In this document: one piece after another, positions 17,426 to 31,099 of the stretch
Position numbering within the stretch: the first letter of the stretch is position 1
How the letters are laid out: each line of letters starts with the position of its first letter
Origin: Eledone cirrhosa
Taxonomy: Eukaryota
NCBI GenBank assembly: GCA_964016885.1
Contig: OZ024746.1
Location: 55,676,001-55,740,000, forward strand
Length of the DNA: 64,000 nucleotides
Reading direction: 5' to 3'
Made by a program: the position numbers and the translations under genes
Notes under the pieces: generated by a model
The model's input: the letters and a program-made list of their open reading frames with translations, nothing else
Databases searched by the model: none
What the model was told of the DNA's origin: nothing

Positions 17426-18598
17426 GTGTGTGTATACATGTTTGTGGTGTGCGATATGTGTGGGGGTGCTTAGTTCATGTATATGGATATTATATTCACA
17501 TTAACCACGTCCTTACAACTGGAAACCAATAAAATTGCTAGAAGCAGTATAACTATAGAACTTAAACTCATCACGCTAAACTAACATGTTCGCCATTTTA
17601 ACTATTACTATTGAAGTACTGTTACGTTGCCGATAGTGATCACATTAAGATAATAAAGCCAAATTCCATACAGTTCTCTACGAACATGAGAAAAAAACAA
17701 ACAAAGAAATAAACGAACGAAAACAACAACAACAAAAACAGCCTGTATGAAAAACGCGATAGAATAAAGTATTCCATCATGTATTATTATACTCTTTTGG
17801 TTTGATTCTGTTTGAGAAAAAACAAAACAATATCAACACTAAAACATTATTGTATGAATAGCGAAGTGAAAGTATGAGCAAAAACGCACAATTAATGATG
17901 GTTAGATCTGATAATAGAATATTACGGCTGACCCTAAAAATCACACTTGCCTTGCACATTACATTATTGGATAACAATCTAGATGTATGGCTTCACAAAT
18001 GAGAAGAATATAAAATTCCATAAACAAACAAAGAATCAAAAATATACGAAGAAAAAATGCAATAAAAATAAACAAGGAGAATACACGCGAAAGTATACAA
18101 TAAAAATATACGAAACAACCAACAAACCAACCAAAATATAAAAGTAATATAATAATAATTCACTGTACAAAACTAACATATTATATTACAGATTTCGTTG
18201 TAAATATTTTTCAACAAGCTTCTTTATACATTCGCTCATCATGTGTCTTTTGATCAATCAATAGAGAGAGTGTGGGGTTTTACTTGTTGTTTCTGATATA
18301 AAATGAATTTTCTGTGAAACATATATCGGGTTTTAGGTTGCTACGCTGTTAATTTAGTTAATAGAGAAATCTAATGCAGGCAAGGAAGAGATGATAAATT
18401 TAATATAAATTGCTCCGTTATACATTCCTTATTGCAGTTAACAGGCTATTAACATGAGAAGAGGGTTGACCTGGCTAACTCTATATCGCATTGATTTGCA
18501 GTTCTACTACTAGTGATTCTAATCAAAATGCTTTCTTATCGATCTGATAAAATATTAGAGAGAAGGGGACATAGATATATGGATGGAAGGATATACAT

Positions 18599-18700
<102 letters not shown>

Positions 18701-19022
18701 TGATAGATAGATAGGAATAGGAAGCAGATATATTTGTTGAGATAGCCAGATGCTCCATATTTTTATAATATCTTGGAGCAATCCATAGCTTCGAAAGGAA
18801 TAGACATCGTTTATGTATATATATGCAAGGATTTACATACATGAATACACAAACGCACAGACACACTCACTCGCATATATATATATATATATATACACAG
18901 ATATTTGCATACGTACACGTGCACATATACGTACATACACACAAACGTATGTACATACATAAATACATACAAACATACATATATATATGTTTATATATAT
19001 ATATGATTAGAAATTTGTATAT

Positions 19023-19091
<69 letters not shown>

Positions 19092-19671
19092 TGAGAGAGA
19101 GAGAGACATACAGACAGACAGAGATAGAATCTGCGTTGTTGAAACTTGGGGAACTACTAATCTTTGGAGCACTCAATCCTTGGGAAGACTCATTGATAAG
19201 GCATGCTGTACATACAAGTCAAAAACACTGGCCACTGCGTTCGGGATTTTACCAATCTCCCTCTCTATCTCTCTTCTCTCTCCCTCTTTCTCTCTCTCTA
19301 TTTCTCTCTCTCTCTCTCAGTTGTGCAATATAGGTTTGTTCTTCTTTTTCTTGATTTATTACTTTAAATTAAGTCTGGCAAACCAATTATTATAGTTAGC
19401 AATTTGTGTCACCCTAGTGAACTTGGTCCCTTACTATTCGAACACATATATGTTTATATCTGTGTTTATCTCTCTTGTATATTCAATTATATTACACAGC
19501 TCAGAAAAACTTCCTTCTTCGAGCTATTTAATTGTAAGAGACTATTTTGTGTTTCTAACTCAATATCTGATATATATATATATGTGTGTATGTATATATA
19601 TATATATGTATATATTATATATATATATATATATATTCATATATATATATGTATATGTATATCTATATATG

Positions 19672-19948
<277 letters not shown>

Positions 19949-20074
19949 AAGTTTTATTTAAATTGTTGGGTTACAACGAGTAAATATTTATAACTGATAT
20001 AAAAGCACTCAACAAGTATTTGGAGTATATTTACGATATTAAATAAATGGAAACTATAATTATAAAACCATATT

Positions 20075-20140
20075 TATTTCATTATATATATTTCAGGGAT
20101 ATCATATTAAAAATATGGTATGCCTTCATCAGACAAAATA
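20075..20140 (-). ncRNA. Minimal type I hammerhead ribozyme motif (family C)
   Basis: Reverse complement of the 20315-20380 motif. Confidence 0.7.
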
Positions 20141-20314
20141 CAATATAAACAGTCTTATAAATAGATAGATTTGACATACCTTACAACTTCAACTTCCATT
20201 TAAAAATCAACTTTTTAAATGGAAGTTGAAGTTGACTACCAAATCAACTTTTTAAATGGAAGTTGAAGTTGTAAGGTATGTCAAATCTATCTATTTATAA
20301 GACTGTTTATATTG

Positions 20315-20380
20315 TATTTTGTCTGATGAAGGCATACCATATTTTTAATATGATATCCCTGAAATATATATAATGAAATA
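20315..20380 (+). ncRNA. Minimal type I hammerhead ribozyme motif (family C)
   Basis: tattttgt-CTGATGA-aggcata..tatccct-GAAA-tatata-TA-atgaaata: 8-bp stem I with 2 GU pairs, stem II with one mismatch, palindromic stem III, AUA triplet. Confidence 0.72.
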
Positions 20381-20420
20381 AATATGGTTTTATAAATATA
20401 GTTTCCATTTATTTAATATC

Positions 20421-20460
<40 letters not shown>

Positions 20461-20466
20461 TATATA

Positions 20467-20589
<123 letters not shown>

Positions 20590-20776
20590 GTGCATAATAA
20601 TTATATATATATATATATATGTAAAGTTATATTTAAAATTGTTGGGTTACAACTAGTAAATATTTATAACTGATATAAGAGCACTCGACAGTATATTTCG
20701 AGTGCTCTTATATCAGTTACTCGGAGTATATTTACAATATTAAATAAATGGAAAACTATATTTATAAAACCATATT

Positions 20777-20842
20777 TATTTCATTATATATATTTCGGGG
20801 ATATCATATTAACAATATGCTATGCCTTCATCAGACAAAATA
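20777..20842 (-). ncRNA. Minimal type I hammerhead ribozyme motif (family C, third copy)
   Basis: Same motif within a diverged direct repeat (20620-20860) of 19945-20160. Confidence 0.68.
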
Positions 20843-20872
20843 CAATATAAACAGTTTTATAGATAAATATGT

Positions 20873-20904
<32 letters not shown>

Positions 20905-20906
20905 GT

Positions 20907-20992
<86 letters not shown>

Positions 20993-21084
20993 GTGTTTAT
21001 AAATATATATGTATATTATAAATATATATGTTTTGTGTATTCCGTAGAAAAGGTAATGGATAGAAGAGTGAATATATAGTACAG

Positions 21085-21248
21085 AACTATATAATTATGT
21101 AATAAACAACAGAATATAATGATTCCATTACCCAAGATTTCACGTAGTTAGATGAACGAAAGAAGCCTTTCTGCCAGAACTGTCTAACTTCGTGAAACCT
21201 TGGTTAATGTAATAATTATATTGTGTTGTTTATTACATAATTAAATAA
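21085..21248. repeat. Imperfect fold-back, ~68-bp arms, ~28-bp spacer
   Basis: taattatgtaataaacaac...cacgtagttaga versus tctaacttcgtg...gttgtttattacataatta. Confidence 0.8.
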
Positions 21249-21676
21249 TATTTGTATATATATGCAAATTTGGTAATATTCAACTCTAAATTGGATTCGA
21301 AATCGTGCAATACTTTGTGTCCTTGAGCAAGGTACTTTATTTCACTTTGATCCAGTTAACTCAGCTTTAGACATGATTTGTGAAGACATTGGTACCAAGC
21401 TGTATCAGCCTTTTCCTTTTCCTTGGACAATGCTTCTTGGAATTCTTTCCGGCTGTGTATACCCTTAATTAAAACAGCGCTGACGTAATTATTGCCTTCA
21501 ATCACTGCAACTTCGAAAATTAAATACCAGTACTGGGGTCCATTACTTCTTTTATTCATCCAACTCAATCTGAAAGAAATAAACTATGTTCTGGAACTTT
21601 ATATTCCTATGACACGCTTTGACCATACAACTCTATGACATAGCAGAGCCAATGGATGGATGAGCGTATATATAAT

Positions 21677-21725
<49 letters not shown>

Positions 21726-22778
21726 GATGATGATTTCCTTCGAATGAAACAGTTCTAGTCCTGTAGAAGCCATTACTATATTAAATATTTATATTCTGCT
21801 ATGTTTTGTGTACCTTATTGTGGTGGTTACCGCCGATTGAACCCGGGATACATACACACACACACACATATACACACAACCACACACACACAGACACACG
21901 CATCTCCCCCCCCCCACAGACATATATATATATATGCTATATATGCTAAAAATAAATGTCCTCACAACAACCATTGTTTTGATAAAAACTTAATTTACGA
22001 ATGTAAAGTTATAACTGACACCAATTCTTCACCTATTTTGGCACCACTTCCACCTCCTTTAAAGCTCGTCTTTATAATCATCATTCGTCTTTTAAATATA
22101 AACTTAAAAGAACCAACACGGCTCTCTCAGAACTCATATGGTCCTTGAAAGACAAAAATATTAAATATAACATCTCTTGGAAGATGGTTTCCTCTGCTTC
22201 TACATACTTGAACAGTTCTCTATCCAAAACTTGCAATCTCTGTCTGAATTGAAAATTTACCATTATATCTAATTTAGATTCTATAATAAATAGACGCAAT
22301 GACTTGTTTTCTATCTGCTTGCATAAATTCCACAGAACTGTCCATAAAGTATACAGCTAATATCCTAAACTTTATCAGTTCAGAATCCTTTTCTCAAAGG
22401 CACATATATATATATATATACTTCTTTAAAAATATACCCATCTTTCCACCTTATTTCAAAGTTATTCATCATATTCTATATCATTCCTATTCATCACTTC
22501 TCTTTCTTCCTTTTCCTTTTCTTTTCTTTTGCTTTTTCTTTTAATTTCTAACCCCTAATCTGTACCTTTTCTCACTGTGCCTAACATAGAATCAATTATT
22601 ACACATGCACTATATTCTTACTTTATATCACCTTGAAAAAATCCATCGTAAACATAAACATTTTTTTTTAAGTTAGATTATTCATCCTCTATTCATTATA
22701 TTTTTCTCACTTTCATCTAACTTATTCATGCTCATCTCACAATATATCCTTACTTACATTACTTCTGTGTTTTTTTAA

Positions 22779-22947
22779 TAATACATATCAGCATTTTCTT
22801 TCCATCGCACATATTATTAAACCCTTAAAATTATTCTTAATACATATTAACATTTTCTTTCCATCGCACATATTATTAAACCCTTAAATATTATTCTTAA
22901 TACATATTAACAATTTCTTTTCATCGCACATATTATTAAACCCTTCA
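22779..22947. repeat. ~59-bp tandem repeat x3 inside the PLE 3' region
   Basis: taatacatat..ttttctttccatcgcacatattattaaaccctt repeated three times. Confidence 0.9.
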
Positions 22948-23297
22948 ATATACAAACCTTAACTTTACATTATTTTTTCTCTTCGTTAATTTTCAAATTC
23001 TTTTAATTGATACATTATCTTCTAACGGTAGTTTAACCTCTCTATGTAAAACAATATATTTTTCTCAGTTATAAATGCTATCTCTCTCTCTATATCAGCC
23101 ATCTCTCCTCCTATCTCATCCTTCCTCATTACACTCCTCCCCCTCCACTTTTTATTATCACCTCCTCCTCTTTTTCACCCCCCCCCCCCTAAAAAAATGT
23201 TTCCCCAATATCACACATCAATCTAAAACTACTTTTCATATGTTGATTTAAAACTGCACTATCCACAAGTGTTTTTAACCTTCATATCATGTCCTCA

Positions 23298-23365
23298 TAT
23301 TTTATCTGATGAAAACACAAATGTTATTGCATGATATTTGTTTTTGAAATGCGCATAATAAAATA
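23298..23365 (+). ncRNA. Minimal type I hammerhead ribozyme of the Naiad-type PLE
   Basis: tattttat-CTGATGA-aaacacaaat..atttgttttt-GAAA-tgcgca-TA-ataaaata: perfect 8-bp stem I, intact core, palindromic stem III. Confidence 0.88.
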
Positions 23366-23431
23366 CATGGAACTCATTTAACCATCTTTTGATCTTATAT
23401 ATTATATATATATATATATACATATATATTA

Positions 23432-23487
<56 letters not shown>

Positions 23488-24318
23488 ATGAGTGTGTGAG
23501 AGGGTACATATGTGAGTGACTTAATTTGTGTGCATAACGCACACAATCGAACACATATATGAGAGTGTGCATTTGTGTATATTTGTCTGTGTATGTGTTC
23601 GTGAGTGTGACCATGTATGTGTATGAATGGTTATGTATGTGTGTTTGGAGTTGGAGAATGAAAAAATGTAAGCTTATATATTTTTTTCTTTTTGTGTCTG
23701 TATCTATCTCACTATTTCTCCCTGAATCTCTTTCATTCTCTCTCGAGATTGTTGAGTATTTCTATAAAGTTATATCTGCATATATAGAAAGTGGGCCATC
23801 TAGATTGCGCCTGTGTGTATAGAAATTTACACATTTATATATGCAGACATGTAAACCTCCCAGTAAATGGGAGTTTTACTGCAAATCGAAAACGAAAATG
23901 CTAAACAGTTTTAATCGATTTTCGAAGTTATTTGGGCGCGCATATAAAGGCATTTATGTCGTCTTCTAAACAACCACTACTACACAGGTATTTGATGGGT
24001 TTGTATATCCATTCATCCTTAGTAGCATTCCGAAACGTACTTGTTCGTATATATATATGGAAAAGAATGAAATTAAATTTCATTTCTCACTCTTAGTACG
24101 ACTGATACTTAAATGAGAGTATGTATACGTACATACATATATGTGTACAGACGTACAGTAGTATGTTTATATATACATACATGCATATATATATATGTAC
24201 GTATGGGCTTACCGAACATTTATTATAATGTTCGGTTTGTTTATAAACAAACAGCCCGATTTAAGCCGTATAATGTTCGGCAACCATCGTCGCCCTTTTG
24301 TTCAACACTGACAAAGGA

Positions 24319-24361
24319 ACGATGAAATAGTTTCAAGCTTATTAGCTATCGTCAGCATCGT
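24319..24361 (-). ncRNA. Minimal hammerhead motif (family B), stem III mutated
   Basis: acgatg-CTGACGA-tagctaataagctt-GAAA-ctat-TT-catcgt. Confidence 0.7.
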
Positions 24362-24741
24362 ATACCTTCCTGTCAGATGGTTGAACGTTTGAAAGTATAT
24401 ACTTTCCTTATGCATATTAACGGGTGAGCTGCCTAATTTGCATATCGAGTCAGTTAGTCGGCCGGGCGCACCGAAAACGATAAACGGAAAAAATGAAACG
24501 AAATTTCATTTCTCACTCTTAGTACGGCTGATACTTAAATGTTAGTATGTATACGTACATACATATGTGTACAGACGCACAATAGTATGTATATATATAC
24601 ATACATGCACACATATATATATGTACGTATAGGTTTACCGAACATTTATTATAATGTTCGGTTTGTTTGTAAACAAACAACCCGAAAGCCGTACAGTGTT
24701 CGGCAACCTTCGTCGCCCTTTTGTTCAACACTGACAAAGGA

Positions 24742-24784
24742 ACGATGTACTAGTTTCAAGATTATTAGATATCGTCCGCATCGT
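24742..24784 (-). ncRNA. Minimal hammerhead motif (family B), core mutated
   Basis: acgatg-CGGACGA-tatctaataatctt-GAAA-ctag-TA-catcgt. Confidence 0.65.
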
Positions 24785-24882
24785 GTCTCATATTCATATA
24801 TATATATGTGCATATATGTATATATATATGAATACTACTGTACGTCTGTATACATATATGTATGTACGTATATATACTTACA

Positions 24883-24950
<68 letters not shown>

Positions 24951-25085
24951 AACAGAGTCAGAACCCCGACGGCTGAGCTTCGGCCATTTAGACATATATA
25001 TATATATATATACCCCACTCTCAAGAGCGTGAAATTAATAAACCTTTGTTCGTACTGCCTCTCTGTATTGTTCCCGTTCAATTTT

Positions 25086-25143
<58 letters not shown>

Positions 25144-25166
25144 TGTGTGTGGGGGTGTGTGTAAGT

Positions 25167-25438
25167 GGGGTCACGTGGCCTAGTGGTAAGTGTGTTCGAC
25201 TTACGATCATAATATCGTGGGTATGTTTCCTAGGTTGCTTTTGATCTTGATCAAAACACTTTATTTCACGTTGCTCCATTATACTTAGCTGAACATGAGA
25301 ACCAGCAATAACTGGGGGTTTAACCCTGCGATGACTGGTGTCCTGTCGAGAGGCGAGTCTTTTACTCACAGTTGCTTCACGGCATGAAACCGGATAAGCA
25401 CCAACCAAATGAGCCTTCTGGCTTAAGACAGACTTTAT
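25167..25438 (+). mobile_element. Older tRNA-derived SINE of a different family
   Basis: A box TGGCCTAGTGG, CORE-like acactttatttcac (also near 21330) and aaccctgcgatgactgg segment. Confidence 0.7.
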
Positions 25439-25439
25439 C

Positions 25440-25497
<58 letters not shown>

Positions 25498-25498
25498 A

Positions 25499-25580
<82 letters not shown>

Positions 25581-26440
25581 CCATATATTTTTTCACATTT
25601 CCCTCTGAGTCTGATATTATGTCCAGAAACCTAGTCTTTCGATAAAAAGAGATCGATGAATTAAGTAACAGACTAGAAAATATATATTCTGAGATAGGAA
25701 TGTTATATATGGAATAGGTGTGATAAGCTGTCTTCCAGCATGACAACTGTCTACTATCTGAAGCCAGTAAAATAATAAAATATTAAACAAAAAATCTGTT
25801 TAAAAATGGTATTTTGCAAATACTTGCCCAGATTGTATTAGATGAAATCTTTAATAAGATTTCTTGTCTTACTACATATATGAAGGAATAGAATGGAAAA
25901 TAAAACAGAAATAAAAATATATATATATTGAACTCAATATAAATTTGTACACATTACCATATTGAACAGATATCGATACAAAAATGTTAACAAGAATCAA
26001 AATCAAAATTGTTTATATCTACAATCAAGGAATGTGGTTATTTTGCTGTGTGGCTTACTGGTTATTGTATTCAACTCATGATCGTATTGTCAAGGGTTCG
26101 ATTTACTAATGCGTCTTATGTCTTTGAAAAAAAAAAATTTATTTAAAGTTATACCAGATGAATCAACTGGCAAAAATAAGTAGTTACACTAATTCAAAAT
26201 GGAAAATATATTACACGTTGAGTCAGACTGAATCTCAATGAGCTCAACATAAGGGACAGATGAGTTTGTAGTATGTTCAACCAAAGGTTGATTGCAGGAA
26301 CCGACAGGCGTCCAGAAACTTTATTACAATCTCAGGAAATCTCAGCTCATGATCGAGAAAATATTTTTCCCTTCGATGCATCATAGATATGTATAAATTC
26401 AATAAAATACTGTTACATATGTATATATATATATATATAT

Positions 26441-27166
26441 AATAGAATAATCGAGTATCGGAAAATCAGCTCACGAATTTACGATAAACAAAATCCGACA
26501 TGAGTGGCAGAGGGCTCAATAATTCAGATAAATCAGAGCTATAACTATCGTTAAAATACCAACACACAAAGATTATGCCCAAAATCACCCGTGCAGCCGA
26601 AAAATAACGACCAGGAAGATTCGGGTCACTCAGATAAAATATCAATAAATCAATAATTTATATGAATGTAAAAACTTACCCGGACCCACTAGAAGGGTGG
26701 TAAATCTAGCTTCTTGGGTTTCTGCTATTCCATAATCCGCCCCCTATCAGCCCACATAAAAATATATAAGACTTCTAGGGAGAGGAGGGACCGGAACAAC
26801 TTTATTAACGGGCCATGTCCGACGAATGAAGAAGTTAACTATAGCTAGACGCACATGGAGTCCAGCAAGGGAGATAACCTCTATATTCGCGAAAGATAAT
26901 CGGTAATGTGGAATACACATATCGAATAAGAGTGCTCGATAGACATGTTAGAATAAACAGAAGCTATTCATCATTCAATAGAATCGACAAAAAATGAACA
27001 ATAAAATTAACAGGTCTATGAACAATAAAATTAACAGCTATGTCTAAAGCTAAATATAATAGAATAATCGAGTATCGGAAAATCAGCTCACGAATTTACG
27101 ATAAACAAAATCCGACATGAGTGGCAGAGGGCTCAATAATTCAGATAAATCAGAGCTATAACTATC

Positions 27167-27168
<2 letters not shown>
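26441..27168. mobile_element. Non-coding element with identical 111-bp direct terminal repeats (617-bp period) inserted in (TA)n
   Basis: 26441-26551 is identical to 27058-27168; TA tracts on both sides; no TG..CA ends. Confidence 0.8.
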
Positions 27169-27228
<60 letters not shown>

Positions 27229-27297
27229 CAAGGTCAAGCAAATAGAGACAAAGTTTTAAAATAAATTTCAAAAAATGTTACTGTACTTACTATATGT

Positions 27298-27379
27298 GCC
27301 TTTACCGCGGTTTCTGATCCCAAAATAAACAGATAATCCTAGCGGATTTACATTGATAAAGATATCGTCGTCAGAAAGC
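27298..27379 (-). ncRNA. Type I hammerhead ribozyme motif (family A)
   Basis: gcttt-CTGACGA-cgatatc..gggatca-GAAA-ccgcgg-TA-aaggc. Confidence 0.78.
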
Positions 27380-28001
27380 TTTTCTCACTCGTAGAATATA
27401 AAATTCTCGAGTTCAAATCACAAACTGGCGCCACACACAATTGTTCCCGAATGAGAGTGAATGAGAGATGAAACTAATGTTGTCTGTTACCGGGTGCAAA
27501 AGCAAAGGCTGGGTGGATAGGTCAATGTACTGCTACTAAAAATAGCAGCCGTTCAAATGACCAAAGATGTATCTAGTGTAGGGGAGAATAGTAATAAAAG
27601 TATATATTCCTATGTGTAAATAATACACACTTGGATATTTAAAAACTTTTTCTGAATTTGCTTGATCTTGTTTTTCTATGTTCTGGCATGTTAATTTATT
27701 AACTTGCCATCGACCCACACTGGCATGCGGTTGGAAAATATTTGTATCCCTGTGTGTATTATGTACATATAGGAATACATACTTTTATTACTATTCTCCC
27801 CTACGGTAGAGACATATTTGGTCATTTGAACGGCTGCTATTTTTAGTAGCAGAATATTGACATGTTCACCTAGCCTTTGCTTTTGCACACGGTACCAGAC
27901 AAAACTGTTTCATCTCTCATTCACTCTCATTCGGGAACAATTGAGTGTGGCGCCAGTTTGTGGTTTGAACTCGGGAATTTTATATTTTCCGAGTGAGAAA
28001 A

Positions 28002-28083
28002 GCCTACTGACGACGATCTCTTTCTCAATGGAAATCCGCTTGGATTGTCTGTTTATTTGGGGATCAGAAACCGCGGTAAAGGC
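28002..28083 (+). ncRNA. Type I hammerhead ribozyme motif (family A)
   Basis: gccta-CTGACGA-cgatctc..gggatca-GAAA-ccgcgg-TA-aaggc; GUA triplet, palindromic stem III. Confidence 0.8.
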
Positions 28084-29331
28084 ACACATAGTAAGTACAG
28101 TAACATTTTTTGAAATTTATTTAAAAACTTTTTCTCTATATGCTTGACCTTGATTTCATATTTTCTGGCATGTTAATTTATTAACTGCCATCGAACCACA
28201 CTAACATACGGTTGGTAAATACTTGTATCCCTGTGTGTATTATTTACACATAGGAATATATACTTTTATTTTATGTATATATATATATATATATAATATG
28301 GTGGAATAGAACAATAAAGATTGAACTTTGATCTGATCAACAGAGAAACGTGCGGCACTACTGATTGAACGTAACGACAACATAACATATCGTCCTTTTT
28401 TTATATACTTTGCTTTGTTCTATACTTCTATACATACTGGAACCTAAGCACCGAGTTCTCACTCTGGTGAACTTACAGTAACTGGACGTTACATTCCCTA
28501 TATATATATATGCATATGTGTGTATGTAGAAAGAGTTAAAGAGGCATGTATATGAAGGTGTGTACGATAGGATAGGATATGGATAATTAAAAAAAATATA
28601 TTTTTATATTTCCCCGATAAGTTTTCACTCCATTGCAGCCGATGTGGTTATATTCAATGTCTGCCCACTATCGTACTTTTCACTAAATTTTTTAGGGTTT
28701 TCCTTGCTTTTTTCGGCTGTTGGCCATCTAGCTAGTCATAACATTTCGTATCGTTCTTATGCATGTTAAAACCCACTCCCCCGCACATTTGCTCTCGCCA
28801 TAAAAAGTAAAACAAGGATGATCCCAATAATTTCTATGTTTAAAAAAAAATGGAGGTTTGAACCTGTAAAAAAATTATGATTCGCGCACATATAGCTTCA
28901 TATAATTTCAATCTAATGACAAAAATCAGTAAGTGAATATATGAATAATAAACAGAAAAAATGCATTTCAGAAGAAAGAAACAATTAAGAGGTTATTGAT
29001 AAGGTCAGTCATTCTAATTGCTAAACGTTTAACGTCAATGACTAAATCCATTTATCAAATGTATCTCTATAGAATACGAATCTATAGATATGATATCACA
29101 CTATTAAACATCATTCATAGCCTGATGATAACTCTAGAAATATTTGAGAAAATAAAAATAACCACAAAAGCCAACAGACTTAACGTAACATTACATGGAA
29201 CGAACTATTGTTCATTCCTGAACAAAAAGCGACAAGGAATCGATATTGTACTGATCGGTCTTGGAATTTCGACAAATGATATATATGAATTATATTGATA
29301 TACATACGTACACAGGCAGACACACACACAC

Positions 29332-29444
<113 letters not shown>

Positions 29445-29671
29445 CATTAAAATATATATATTTATGTGTATATGTGTGTGTGTGTGTGTGCGTGCTTCTC
29501 TGTGCCTGTGTCTTTATGCGAGGGTGTGGGTGTTTGGGTCTGCGTATATATGTTCTTCGAAAATCTAGTACAATTTCCTAAGCTATTATTCATAACAATC
29601 GTCAGTTTTCACAGTTATTTTCTACGTTTACTAAGAATGGCACGGTACTCAACGCACCGATGAATTGTCTA

Positions 29672-29768
<97 letters not shown>

Positions 29769-29789
29769 TATAGTGTGTGTGCGTAATGT

Positions 29790-30450
<661 letters not shown>

Positions 30451-30488
30451 ATAAATAAATATATATATATATATATATAGTAATCATT

Positions 30489-30548
30489 AGTTTCAGAAGA
30501 TCCCGTTAAGGGTGAAAGCAGCGATTCTTTGCTTAAACTTTAATCTGT
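30489..30548 (+). ncRNA. Variant-core hammerhead-like motif (family E)
   Basis: agttt-CAGAAGA-tcccgttaagggt-GAAA-gca..tgc-TT-aaact. Confidence 0.55.
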
Positions 30549-30582
30549 TATTTTAATAAATATATATATACATATATATATA

Positions 30583-30992
30583 TAATAGAATATGTGTTCC
30601 TACACGCACAATGCGCTAAGGGACACATGTATTTCCAACCACATGCCAATGTGGTTCAATGGCAGGTTAATAAATTAACGAGCCAGAACATATATAAACA
30701 AGGTTTAGCAAATAAGGAAAAAGTTTCAAAATAAATTTTAAAAAATTAACATTACCTACTATAGTTACCTTTACCGAATCGGTTTCGAATCTCAAAAATA
30801 AACGGAGTCCATACGGCCTTCGTTGCAAAGAAAGATTCTCGTCAGAAGGTTCTTTACATTCGAAGAATATAAAATTCTCGAACTTAAATTACAAACTGGC
30901 GCTATTCAAAATTGTTCCCGAGATGAGAGTAAATGAAGTGGAATCAATTTTTTCAAGAGCCGAGTGCAAAGATAGAAGCAGAGGCATGAACA
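30583..30992 (-). mobile_element. Diverged family A element copy
   Basis: Collinear with 27865-28270 in reverse (ttaataaattaac, aatataaaattctcga, acaaactggcgc, aattgttcccga); ends at the same point before (TA)n. Confidence 0.85.
30767..30850 (-). ncRNA. Canonical type I hammerhead ribozyme (family A, divergent copy)
   Basis: acctt-CTGACGA-gaatct..agattc-GAAA-ccgattcgg-TA-aaggt; all three stems pair, GUA triplet. Confidence 0.9.
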
Positions 30993-31099
30993 CAGGGAGA
31001 AAGGGACGATTATTAGGAAGAAAAATATATTTTTTTCCTTTTTTATTTCTCTCTCTCTCTTTTCTGGGTTAGAATATGATTAAAACGAAATGTTTTACT

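Larger units (their letters stand above)
20032..20423. repeat. Near-perfect inverted repeat, arms 20032-20206 and 20249-20423
   Basis: Arms are reverse complements with about one mismatch; the centre holds an extra copy of the arm end. Confidence 0.95.
21935..23395 (+). mobile_element. 3' remnant of a Naiad-type Penelope-like element: GIY-YIG endonuclease, 3' UTR and hammerhead
   Basis: CPHNNHCFDKNLIYECKV, frameshift, then TYFGTTSTSFKARLYNHHSSFK..TALSELIWSLKDKNIKYNISWK..CNLCLN*K..INRRNDLFSICLHK (21955-22330); HHR at 23298; flanked by (TA)n. Clade assigned from motif pattern. Confidence 0.85.
24059..24890 (-). mobile_element. Non-coding partial-tandem element (family B, ~425-bp period) with two HHR motifs and an inverted terminal segment
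   Basis: 24059-24361 repeats at 24486-24784; ~24800-24885 is an inverted copy of ~24540-24620; bounded by (TA)n. Confidence 0.85.
27225..28270. mobile_element. Family A HHR element: inverted arm 27225-27630 followed by ~1.3 tandem units (482-bp period) at 27637-28270
   Basis: 27225-27630 is the reverse complement of 27752-28156; 27637-27789 repeats at 28119-28270; TA flanks. Confidence 0.9.
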
